The notes beneath the pieces were generated by a model. It ran no database searches, was not told the origin of the DNA, and saw only the letters and a program-made list of their open reading frames with translations. A stretch of 64,000 nucleotides of DNA from an uncultured Rikenella sp. (lineage in GTDB: Bacteria; Bacteroidota; Bacteroidia; Bacteroidales; VadinHA17): positions 3,866 through 67,865 of the forward strand of contig CAZHZC010000010.1 of the NCBI GenBank assembly GCA_964537135.1. The letters run 5' to 3'. Positions 1-8,163 of the stretch are shown here, in pieces. The position numbers were made by a program, and so were the translations under genes. The first letter of the stretch is position 1. The number at the start of each line of letters is the position of its first letter.

Positions 1-2
1 CA

Positions 3-365
3 GCTTCGGGCCATGGACTAACCTTGTCACAGAGTGAGGTGTGGCGTGGTACCTACGCTGTTGGAGTTGATACCGGGCGTAAACAGGTGGTATATGTAAA
101 GAAGGAGGGCTCATCACCGGTTGTGGTGGTGGCTGACCTTGCCGGTGCCGTGGAGTGCAAGCTGGATACCATCGCGCGGACCGAGAAGACGCCGAACGGG
201 AGCCTGACCATCGTGGAGGCCCTCAACCTCATTATAGGATACAGCGATAAGAGCCGCAGAGAGAAACGGCTTGAGTTTTATAACAGTGATATAAATCCTT
301 CGCTGGGAAATGAGAAGATACTTGCAGAAAAGTGGCGTGAGACAATAGCATCACTGCTATCATGA
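3..365 (+). CDS. C-terminal part of a hypothetical protein, open to the 5' window edge
   Basis: This frame has no stop codon back to position 3, and the TTG at 24 is only the first start-like codon. The ORF ends with TGA at 363-365 and is followed by a strong hairpin terminator. No family recognised. Confidence 0.35.
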   Translation, partial: ASGHGLTLSQSEVWRGTYAVGVDTGRKQVVYVKKEGSSPVVVVADLAGAVECKLDTIARTEKTPNGSLTIVEALNLIIGYSDKSRREKRLEFYNSDINPSLGNEKILAEKWRETIASLLS

Positions 366-376
366 AGAGATAACCG

Positions 377-410
377 AAAAAAGAGGCAGCCAACGTGGCT
401 GCCTCTTTTT
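377..410. terminator. Rho-independent, potentially bidirectional terminator hairpin
   Basis: An A-tract (377-382) precedes a 10-bp stem, agaggcagcc (382-391) pairing with ggctgcctct (397-406), with a 5-nt loop and a T-tract to 410. It sits between a plus-strand CDS and a convergent minus-strand tRNA. Confidence 0.75.
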
Positions 411-411
411 G

Positions 412-486
412 TGGGCCCAGCTGGAATCGAACCAGCGACCCCCTGATTATGAGTCAGGTGCTACTAACCGACTGAGCTATGGGCCC
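412..486 (-). tRNA. tRNA with anticodon CAT (elongator Met or, more likely, lysidine-modified Ile2)
   Basis: The reverse complement folds as a 75-nt cloverleaf. Acceptor stem is GGGCCCA/TGGGCCC, anticodon arm CCTGA-CTCATAA-TCAGG, T arm GCTGG-TTCGATT-CCAGC, discriminator A. No CCA is encoded. Confidence 0.9.
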
Positions 487-572
487 GATAAACAGGATGC
501 AAAGATAATATCAAATTGAAAAATTAACAAGCAAAAAATTTATTCCTGAAGCCGGCCGGCCTGATGTGTAGC

Positions 573-630
573 AGGTTGTCCGGCACAATAGGCACAGACC
601 TGGCATCTGGGAGGTTGTCCCGCACAATAG
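573..630. repeat. Two 19-nt direct repeats, aggttgtcc(g/c)gcacaatag
   Basis: The copies lie at 573-591 and 612-630 with one mismatch, just 3' of the aldolase-like gene. Confidence 0.6.
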
Positions 631-640
631 TTTCTACCTG

Positions 641-1240
641 CTATTCGGTGTTGAGGTACTGGAACAGTACGCTTCCCGCTTCATCCAGGTCATACCCAAA
701 GGTGATCAGTCCGCCCCGGTCGCCGGCCATCACGATGATCCTCTTCTCAAACACTTCCGGCTCACTGAATATACGGATCATCTCTTTTGCCATGCCTGTG
801 GTGCCGTACTCATAGGCAGGGTCAGTTGTGGGAACCTTATTTATAAGCTCCTCCCACAGCTCAACAGAGTGAACATGTATTATGGCATTGGTACCCTGGT
901 CTGCCGCATAGATGGCAGCATGTGTGAGAGACTCTGATGAGGCCTTTAGCGGGCCGCTGCACATAATAGCATTGTCATCAATATTGTATGATGTGACCTT
1001 TACGTAGTGACCAGGCTCCAGCTCAGGTATGTCACCCGTTGATGAGCCGGTAATAATGAACTGGGTTGACTTGCCTATGCGGGTGCTTATATTCCCAAAA
1101 CCGACCCCATTCTCAAATGCCCCAATCAGGTCAAGATTGAAGAGTATCTCTCTCCAGTGATTGATAACCTCATACTGCTCTTCAGTTATCACAGAGCCGG
1201 TCTGGCTCCAGTAGCAATTGAACTTAACAACTCCTTCCAT
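641..1240 (-). CDS. Class II aldolase/adducin-fold protein (MtnB-like dehydratase or Ald2-like methylthioribulose-1-P aldolase)
   Basis: The 199-aa product has the typical size and the metal-binding motifs of the fold (SESLTHAAIY, AIIHVHS). It starts 5 bp downstream of mtnA on the same strand. Confidence 0.7.
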   Translation of the reverse strand: MEGVVKFNCYWSQTGSVITEEQYEVINHWREILFNLDLIGAFENGVGFGNISTRIGKSTQFIITGSSTGDIPELEPGHYVKVTSYNIDDNAIMCSGPLKASSESLTHAAIYAADQGTNAIIHVHSVELWEELINKVPTTDPAYEYGTTGMAKEMIRIFSEPEVFEKRIIVMAGDRGGLITFGYDLDEAGSVLFQYLNTE

Positions 1241-1245
1241 GCAAT

Positions 1246-2304
1246 TTATGATACTGTTTGTAGTATTGATTCTCTCTCAGCCCTGCATACCCCACGGTCA
1301 GTTATCAGTCCGGTGACAAGGCGTGCAGGGGTCACATCAAACCCGTAGTTGGAGACAGTCACCCCATGCGGGGCGATCCTGACACCATCAATGGCAGTCA
1401 CCTCTTCGGCATCACGCTCTTCAATGACGATCTGCTCACGACTCTCTACTGACAGGTCGAATGTTGATACAGGCAGGGCAGCATAGAACGGTATCCCGTT
1501 ATCGTATGCTGCCAGCGCCTTGAGATAGGTGCCGGTCTTGTTGGCCACATCACCTGATGCAGTGGTACGGTCGCTGCCTGTCAGCACCATATCTACCATC
1601 CCGTTTTGCATCAGGTGCCCTCCGGCGTTGTCAGTGATCAGTGTGGAGGGCACACCATGGTTAAGCAGCTCCCAGGCGGTGAGCCGGCTGCCCTGGTTAC
1701 GAGGTCTTGTCTCATCAACCCACACATGCACCCTGATACCGTTGTCATGGGCAAGGTATACGGGTGCCAGCGCTGTCCCGTAATCGACACAGGCCAGCCA
1801 TCCGGCATTGCAGTGAGTCAGTATATTGACCACCTCTCCCCCTTTTCTGTTACTTATCTCTTCAATCAGCGGGAGGCCATACACCCCTATCATCCTGCTC
1901 CGCTCAGCCTCCTCATCACACAGTGCAGCAGCAGCATGCCGCAGCGCCTCAGGGTTACTGTCTCTCTCAAGCATACCCATCATATGGTCAATAGCCCATG
2001 AGAGATTGACGGCCGTCGGTCTCGCTTCCCTGAGCCGGCGCGCATCATCAGCAACCTTTGAATAAACGTCTGTTGAGCCGTAGTGTTCAAGGAGAGAGAG
2101 GTAGATACCCCACGCAGCCGTAGCACCAATGAGTGGCGCACCCCTTACCGCCATATCACGGATGGCATCATATACCTCACTGATGGTTGTCAGGGTAAGA
2201 ATCTCAAACGAGAATGGCAGGCTGCGCTGATCGATGACCTGAACCGATGAATAGTCACCCTCCTCCTGCCATATACTCCTGTAATACCTGTCACCAACCT
2301 TCAT
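1246..2304 (-). CDS. mtnA: S-methyl-5-thioribose-1-phosphate isomerase (eIF-2B alpha/beta/delta-like family)
   Basis: Motifs include VRGAPLIGATAAWG, THCNAG, TRPRNQG and GSDR. The start is trimmed to MKVGDRYY (ATG at 2304). The extra 18 codons in the ORF track have no homology-like content. Confidence 0.85.
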   Translation of the reverse strand: MKVGDRYYRSIWQEEGDYSSVQVIDQRSLPFSFEILTLTTISEVYDAIRDMAVRGAPLIGATAAWGIYLSLLEHYGSTDVYSKVADDARRLREARPTAVNLSWAIDHMMGMLERDSNPEALRHAAAALCDEEAERSRMIGVYGLPLIEEISNRKGGEVVNILTHCNAGWLACVDYGTALAPVYLAHDNGIRVHVWVDETRPRNQGSRLTAWELLNHGVPSTLITDNAGGHLMQNGMVDMVLTGSDRTTASGDVANKTGTYLKALAAYDNGIPFYAALPVSTFDLSVESREQIVIEERDAEEVTAIDGVRIAPHGVTVSNYGFDVTPARLVTGLITDRGVCRAERESILQTVS

Positions 2305-2445
2305 TAATATAAGCTCTCGTACGAAATGAAATGTAAAATTACAAATAATTAGCCGCAATCAGAATACCATTTTCAATAATCTGTTGACCGGCCAGATCGT
2401 TCGAATTTCCGACCCGTTTGGTCAACAACGATCGAATTATTTGAG

Positions 2446-2453
2446 TATCTTTG
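2446..2453 (+). promoter_or_regulatory. Candidate Bacteroidota -7 promoter box (TATCTTTG) for the TetR gene
   Basis: The sequence matches the TAnnTTTG consensus 17 nt upstream of the ATG at 2470. Confidence 0.45.
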
Positions 2454-2469
2454 CATAATATTCAAACAT

Positions 2470-3090
2470 ATGGTAAATAAGGAGGAGTACAGAAGGGAGA
2501 TCATCCTTAAATCGAGCAAGATCTTCAGTCATTACGGATATAGGAAAACAACCATGGAGGAGATCTCCAGGGCACTAAAAAAGGGTAAGAGCTCCATCTA
2601 TTACTATTTTAGTGGCAAGGAGGAGATCTTTGAGGCGGTGGTACTATACGAAGCAAACCAGTTACGAAGGCGTCTCACCAATGCGATCAAGGAGGTTGAC
2701 TCACCCACCGAAAAGCTTCGTAACTATATCTACGTCAGAATGCGTGAGTTTGCCAAGCTCTCAAACTACTACAACGCCGTGTTTGACAAGAACCTTGACC
2801 ATTTCGGGTTTATAGAGAAGATCAGATCGAGGTATGACCGTGAGGAGCTGGCCATTCTCAGGCTGCTGGTCTATGTCGGTAATAACCGGAAGGTCTTTAA
2901 GGTGGAAGACAGTGAATATACTGCCATGGCTATCCAGACAATGTTGAAGGGTATGGAGGTACCTCTCTTCTGGCGACGCCGTGAGCTGGATATCAACCAC
3001 CGCCTGGAGGCGATCCTTGACCTTATCTTTCATGGTATCCTGAGAAGGGAGAGTGAAGAGGCAGAAGCGATGAGTGAAGGAGCAGAATAG
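2470..3090 (+). CDS. TetR/AcrR family transcriptional regulator
   Basis: The N-terminus has the characteristic HTH (FSHYGYRKTTMEEISRALKKGKSSIYYYF). The size is ~200 aa and the gene is divergent from the mtnA operon. Confidence 0.8.
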   Translation: MVNKEEYRREIILKSSKIFSHYGYRKTTMEEISRALKKGKSSIYYYFSGKEEIFEAVVLYEANQLRRRLTNAIKEVDSPTEKLRNYIYVRMREFAKLSNYYNAVFDKNLDHFGFIEKIRSRYDREELAILRLLVYVGNNRKVFKVEDSEYTAMAIQTMLKGMEVPLFWRRRELDINHRLEAILDLIFHGILRRESEEAEAMSEGAE

Positions 3091-3161
3091 ATGTAGCTGT
3101 CTTTTTTCTGCCTTGTGACTTTCCAGCGGGGCCATTTCCGCCATCCCTGTTCTTTACAGAG

Positions 3162-4085
3162 TCATTTCACTCTGCCCTTTTTTCCTCCCGGAGCCTTTCC
3201 TCCCGGAGCCTTTCCTCCCGGAGCATTGCCCGCTGCAGTTTTCCCTCCTTTCCCGGCGCTGGGGGGTGCCGGGGTGCCAGCCGGCGCGACGGCATATCTC
3301 TTACCATGTTTTCCTGACCATACCAGCATTGCGATGCCTCCCAGCACAAAGGGGATACTCAGCAGCTGTCCCATATTGAACTTCATTGCTGCCTCGAACG
3401 GCACCTGATCCTCCTTGACAAACTCAACTATGAATCTAAATCCGAACACCAAAATCAGAAAGACTCCAAAGAGCACTCCTGCCTTCTGTCGTCCCAGGTT
3501 TTTCCAGTAGATACGCATCAGTATACCGAAGGTGATCAGGTATGCCAGCGACTCATATATCTGTGTCGGATGTTTCGGTGCCGTCTCATGGTTCCTCAGG
3601 AAGACGAATCCCCATGGCAGGGTGGTCTCTACCCCATAGATCTCTGAGTTCATGAGGTTACCCAGACGTATCAGGACGGCAGCCAGTGCCACCACTATCA
3701 CCACCCGATCAATGGCCCAGATCATGGGCTTCTTCTCCTTCCTTGCGAAATACCAGAGTGCGATAAGGATTCCTATTGCGGCGCCATGGCTGGCCAGTCC
3801 GCCATGCCACACCTTCAGTATCTCAGACGGGTTTGCCAGGTAATATGCGGGTTCATAAAAGAAACAGTGTCCCAGCCGTGCTCCTATGATCGTTCCTATT
3901 GCCACATAGATGGTCAGCCTGTCAAGGGTGGTCTCACCCAGCCCCTCATTGGCAAAGATCCTTTTCAGTATATAATATCCAAAAACAAAACCTGATGCAA
4001 AGAGCAGTCCATACCACCTTACTGCAAAATTGCCTATCCGGAATATTTCGGGATTGACATCCCAGGGAATTATCAGAAGCTCCAT
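3162..4085 (-). CDS. lgt: Prolipoprotein diacylglyceryl transferase with a Gly/Lys/Ala/Pro-rich C-terminal tail
   Basis: The product is multi-pass membrane protein with Lgt-like motifs (RWYGLLFASGF, GGLASHGAAIG, HPTQIYESL). The last ~45 aa are low complexity (GGKAPGGKAPGGKKG). Confidence 0.85.
   Translation of the reverse strand: MELLIIPWDVNPEIFRIGNFAVRWYGLLFASGFVFGYYILKRIFANEGLGETTLDRLTIYVAIGTIIGARLGHCFFYEPAYYLANPSEILKVWHGGLASHGAAIGILIALWYFARKEKKPMIWAIDRVVIVVALAAVLIRLGNLMNSEIYGVETTLPWGFVFLRNHETAPKHPTQIYESLAYLITFGILMRIYWKNLGRQKAGVLFGVFLILVFGFRFIVEFVKEDQVPFEAAMKFNMGQLLSIPFVLGGIAMLVWSGKHGKRYAVAPAGTPAPPSAGKGGKTAAGNAPGGKAPGGKAPGGKKGRVK
3176..3226. repeat. 15-bp in-frame tandem repeat (about 3 copies) inside the lgt 3' end
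   Basis: The unit cctttcctcccggag is repeated and encodes (GGKAP)n on the minus strand. Confidence 0.8.
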
Positions 4086-4193
4086 AGAGTGCTGTTTGAG
4101 GACAAATTTAGTAAAAAAGTGACATAGTGACAGCTCTCTGTTATTGGCCTCCTATCTAATCTGATCTTGATAACACCATAACAAAAATTGATG

Positions 4194-4201
4194 TAAGTTT
4201 G
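4194..4201 (+). promoter_or_regulatory. Candidate -7 box (TAAGTTTG) overlapping the ORF-track start
   Basis: The sequence matches TAnnTTTG only 6 nt before the ATG at 4208. If functional, the mRNA would be nearly leaderless. Confidence 0.3.
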
Positions 4202-4207
4202 CAGGTG

Positions 4208-6010
4208 ATGAATCACTCGAGGCGCATATCCTACAGGCTGCTGGCGGCTGCTCTGGTGATACTCACTGCCCTCTCGTGTGCAAAGACCAACCCTCCCGGC
4301 GGGGGTCCGCGAGATGTTGACCCGCCGGTTGTGCTCAAGAGCCAGCCCCCCGAGGGTACCCTCAACTTTACAGGTAACTCATTTACCATCACTTTTGATG
4401 AGTATGTGGTGCTTGACCGTATTAATGAGAAGTTCATGGTGTCGCCCCCCACCACCACACCTCCTGATGTGAAGCTCAAGGGCAAAAGCATGATTGTACG
4501 GTGGGAGGATAAGCTTACTGACAGCACCACCTATACCTTTTTCTTTCAGGATGCCATACGTGACAACAACGAGAACAACCCTATCCCAAATTTTCAGTAT
4601 GTCTTCTCTACCGGCCCTGTTCTCGACTCGCTCACCCTGACGGGGAATATCTTCGATGCTGCGAATCTTGAGATTGTTGAGGATGTGACGGTTATTCTGC
4701 ATTCCAACCTCTCAGACACAGCCCCCCGTACCCTCCTTCCGGCATACATCTCACGGCCCGATCCGTCAGGCGGCTTCACCATAAGCAATATCCGTCCGGG
4801 ACGCTATCGCCTCTTCGCCCTGAAAGACCTCAATGGCAATACGCTCTATGACCTTGATGATGAGACCTTCGCATTCTGTGATTCCATTATTGAGATAACA
4901 CCTGACAACTATTACGGTCTCTTGCCTGATACTGTGAGCTACTCACCGCCGGCAGCACCGCCAACTGCCAGGGCTGAGAAATACCTCTTTGGCCTGCACC
5001 GGCTATATGCTTTCAGGCAGGCCCCGGATAAACAGTACCTGCAGTTCACCGGCAGGAAGAGCGCCTGGCTGGTTGACTTCGGACTGGCACTGCCAACTGA
5101 CAGCGGAGAGGTCTCAGTGGAGATAACTGATGCCGGCAGTGAGTCGTGGTACCTGGAGCACAACGCTGCCCGTGACACCTTCATGATATGGATAACTGAC
5201 CCTGAGATCTATAACCGTGAACAGCTTGAGGCACTAATCACCTATCCCTACACAGATAGTACCGATGCATTGGTCTCACGCAGTGATACCCTCTCTTTCA
5301 GGTATGTAAAGCCTGCTGCACCACGAGGGGGAACAGGCCGTCCCCAGCCGCTGACCATAACCACTAATCTTGCCGGTAAGGTGAGACCGGGAACAATGCC
5401 TCTCTTCAGGGCTGCCACACCTCTGGCAGAGCCGGACACCACGCTGATACGGCTGACCCGGATGGTTGACTCGGTCATCACCGTTATTCCTTATCATTTT
5501 GTTAGAGACACCCTCTCATCACAGCGCCTTACGATGAGGGCAACACTCACTCCCGGTGAGTCATACTCGCTGCTCTGCGACAGAGGGGCATTCACTGATA
5601 TATATGGATTGCAGAACGATTCGGTAATGTATCGTATAAACGTTGCGGGTGAAGAGGATTATGGAAGTATTAGCATGATACTGACCGGCTATGAGGGTGA
5701 AGTAATTGTTCAGCTGCTCACCAGCGGCGAGAAGCTGCTGCGTGAGACACCTGTTGAAGCACCCGGAACAGCCTCTTTCCTCCTCCTCGAAAAGGGGAGC
5801 TACCGGCTAAAGGTGATCTATGACCTCGATGGCAATGGCCGATGGACACCAGGTGACTATCGCTACCACAGGCTGCCCGAACCGGTCTCATACTACCCCA
5901 CTGAGCTGGAGGTGAAGGCCAACTGGGCACTGGAGCAGGAGTGGGAGATCAGCATTATGAATGCCAAGGATGTGTCACTCAGAGAGAAGCCTACAATTAA
6001 AGGCAGATAA
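4208..6010 (+). CDS. Ig-like (Big_5/SbsA-type) domain lipoprotein
   Basis: It has a signal peptide with a lipobox (LTALSC) and an N-terminal segment typical of bacterial Ig-like domains (DVDPPVVLKSQPPEGTLNF...ITFDEYV). Start set at the ATG at 4208; TTG 4199 and GTG 4205 are alternatives. Confidence 0.6.
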   Translation: MNHSRRISYRLLAAALVILTALSCAKTNPPGGGPRDVDPPVVLKSQPPEGTLNFTGNSFTITFDEYVVLDRINEKFMVSPPTTTPPDVKLKGKSMIVRWEDKLTDSTTYTFFFQDAIRDNNENNPIPNFQYVFSTGPVLDSLTLTGNIFDAANLEIVEDVTVILHSNLSDTAPRTLLPAYISRPDPSGGFTISNIRPGRYRLFALKDLNGNTLYDLDDETFAFCDSIIEITPDNYYGLLPDTVSYSPPAAPPTARAEKYLFGLHRLYAFRQAPDKQYLQFTGRKSAWLVDFGLALPTDSGEVSVEITDAGSESWYLEHNAARDTFMIWITDPEIYNREQLEALITYPYTDSTDALVSRSDTLSFRYVKPAAPRGGTGRPQPLTITTNLAGKVRPGTMPLFRAATPLAEPDTTLIRLTRMVDSVITVIPYHFVRDTLSSQRLTMRATLTPGESYSLLCDRGAFTDIYGLQNDSVMYRINVAGEEDYGSISMILTGYEGEVIVQLLTSGEKLLRETPVEAPGTASFLLLEKGSYRLKVIYDLDGNGRWTPGDYRYHRLPEPVSYYPTELEVKANWALEQEWEISIMNAKDVSLREKPTIKGR

Positions 6011-6126
6011 GTGCCAATCAGCGGGTGGGAACCGGCGGGAGAGAACTGACAGGAGGGAACAGGAGGGAGAGCAGGAGGAGGAGAGAATTAACAGAAACCC
6101 TGAGATAACCAGGGTAACAAAAAATA

Positions 6127-7095
6127 TTGATCATGAAAGAGATAGTAGCCGGGGTTGACATAGGTGGAACCAACACAGTTATCGGATTGGTTGATGGTGA
6201 CGGAACGGTTCATGCCGAGGCCGGACTGCCAACTGCTGCCTATGCCACAGCTGATACCTTTGCTGAAGCGCTGGGCAGTAAGCTGAAGGAGATGGTTGCC
6301 GGCAAGAGTGGACTGAAGCTGACAGGAACAGGTATCGGTGCACCCAATGCCAACTTCAACAAGGGAACCATTGAGCTGGCTGCCAACCTGCGGTGGAAAG
6401 GTATCATACCGCTGGCTGAGATGGTGACCCGCCAGACCGGGGTGATAACGCGAATAACCAATGATGCCAACTCTGCAGCCCTCGGGGAGATGATTTTCGG
6501 GGCTGCGAGGGGGGTGAAAAATTTTGTTATCATGACCCTCGGCACCGGACTGGGAAGCGGAATAGTCATTGATGGTGAGGTGGTATATGGACATAGTGGC
6601 TTTGCCGGTGAGCTGGGACACATGACCGTGAAAGAGGGCGGAAGAGAGTGCGGCTGCGGCCGCCGTGGCTGCCTGGAGACATACGCCTCAGCAACCGGAC
6701 TGGTACGTACCGTCCTGGAGATACTCAGTGACAGCAGAGATGAGAGTCCGCTGCGCCATATGAAGAGCAGTGAGATAACATCAAGAGATGTGGCTGAGGC
6801 CGCCGCCGCAGGTGATACCCTGGCAGCAGAGGCGCTCGACCGTACAGCACATATGATAGCCCTGGGAATAACCAATACAGTGATATTCTCAAGCCCGGAG
6901 GTGATATACCTGTTTGGCGGACTGGCACAGGCAGGTGAGGCACTGCTGGCACCGGTGAGAAGATATGCAGAGGAGATGGTGATGCCGGTATTTCGTAGTA
7001 CATTCCGCATTGAGCCGTCAGGACTACCGGAGGCGAGGGCAGCAATGCTCGGTGCAGCAGCACTGATATGGAAAGAGATGAAACAGGTGAAATAG
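6127..7095 (+). CDS. ROK family sugar kinase (glucokinase-like), paralog 1
   Basis: Motifs include VDIGGTN, NDANSAALGE, GTGLGSG, GELGH and the zinc motif CGCGRRGCLE. Confidence 0.85.
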   Translation: MIMKEIVAGVDIGGTNTVIGLVDGDGTVHAEAGLPTAAYATADTFAEALGSKLKEMVAGKSGLKLTGTGIGAPNANFNKGTIELAANLRWKGIIPLAEMVTRQTGVITRITNDANSAALGEMIFGAARGVKNFVIMTLGTGLGSGIVIDGEVVYGHSGFAGELGHMTVKEGGRECGCGRRGCLETYASATGLVRTVLEILSDSRDESPLRHMKSSEITSRDVAEAAAAGDTLAAEALDRTAHMIALGITNTVIFSSPEVIYLFGGLAQAGEALLAPVRRYAEEMVMPVFRSTFRIEPSGLPEARAAMLGAAALIWKEMKQVK

Positions 7096-7268
7096 GTGAA
7101 TGAGAGCAATAGTGGAGGTAAGGTGATAGTGCGGTAAGGGATAAACCGGGAAGGCGATAGGGTCATGAGGGAAACGACAGCAGGTTGATACGGCAGCAGG
7201 TTGATACCACCATTCGGCATTATCGTAATAAGGAAACAGGGAGACAAATGAACTAAAAGGAGGATGAT

Positions 7269-7922
7269 ATGCGAACAGTTGAAGTTACCAGACTGAGGAG
7301 CGACAAAGCGGTTCCGCCAATGCCTGAGGTCTCTGCACGCCTTGATGAGCTGGGCGACGGGCATGTGATTGGAACAGTTAACTGGGAGAAATTCCCCTAC
7401 CGGCCCGAAGTGAGGTTCAATATCGCATGGGGTGAAGGTGAGATATACATAAAATACTATGTGAGGGAAAAACATACAAAGGCGGAAAAGAGCCGTACCA
7501 ACGAGATGGTGTGCGAAGACTCATGTGTCGAGTTTTTTGTGGCACCCGAAGATGACGGTATCTATTACAATTTTGAGTTTAACCCTATAGGCACCGCGCT
7601 GATGGGATCAGGCCATGGCAGGCATGACAGCGTAAGAGCAGAACCTGCCATCGTTGACAATATACGTCGCCTCACCACCTTGGGCAGCGAACCGTTCGGC
7701 GAGATAAGCGGTGACATAAAGTGGGAACTCACCCTGGCCATCCCTACGGAGATATTCTTCCGCCATAAGGTTGAAAGCCTCGAAGGGAAGAGCTTCAGGG
7801 CAAACTTTTACAAGTGTGGCGATAAGCTCACTACACCCCACTTTGTGACCTGGAACCCGGTGGAGACCGAAAAACCGGACTACCACAGACCCGAATATTT
7901 CGGCATTCTGAAGTTTGTGTGA
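7269..7922 (+). CDS. Carbohydrate-binding family 9-like (CBM9_2-like) protein
   Basis: The 217-aa product shows the pattern EFFVAPEDDGIYYNFEFNPIGT and ends RPEYFGILKF, as I recall for this family. There is no signal peptide. Confidence 0.5.
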   Translation: MRTVEVTRLRSDKAVPPMPEVSARLDELGDGHVIGTVNWEKFPYRPEVRFNIAWGEGEIYIKYYVREKHTKAEKSRTNEMVCEDSCVEFFVAPEDDGIYYNFEFNPIGTALMGSGHGRHDSVRAEPAIVDNIRRLTTLGSEPFGEISGDIKWELTLAIPTEIFFRHKVESLEGKSFRANFYKCGDKLTTPHFVTWNPVETEKPDYHRPEYFGILKFV

Positions 7923-8163
7923 CGCGCCGCCCCGCGCCGGTGCGTGCCTATGCTCTGTTCCGCGCCGGGGAGCTGCCCTACACTGGCAACCTGCCCCGCT
8001 CCGGTGACCCACCTCACGCCGCCAACCTGCCCCGCCGTTCCACACCGGCAATCGGCCCTAACCGTCAATAAGAGATGAAACTATTGCACACATCACTGGC
8101 AGAGTTGTATATTTACAGTCAGAATAGATTTTGACTAACAGAGATTAAGATCCAGCCGCCATC

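Noticed and set aside
6240-7475. A 411-aa ORF on the minus strand opposite ROK paralog 1
   Set aside because: It is an antisense shadow ORF of a well-supported gene. Its translation is Ser/Pro/Ala-rich low complexity with no recognisable motifs. Similar long shadows occur opposite most GC-rich genes here.
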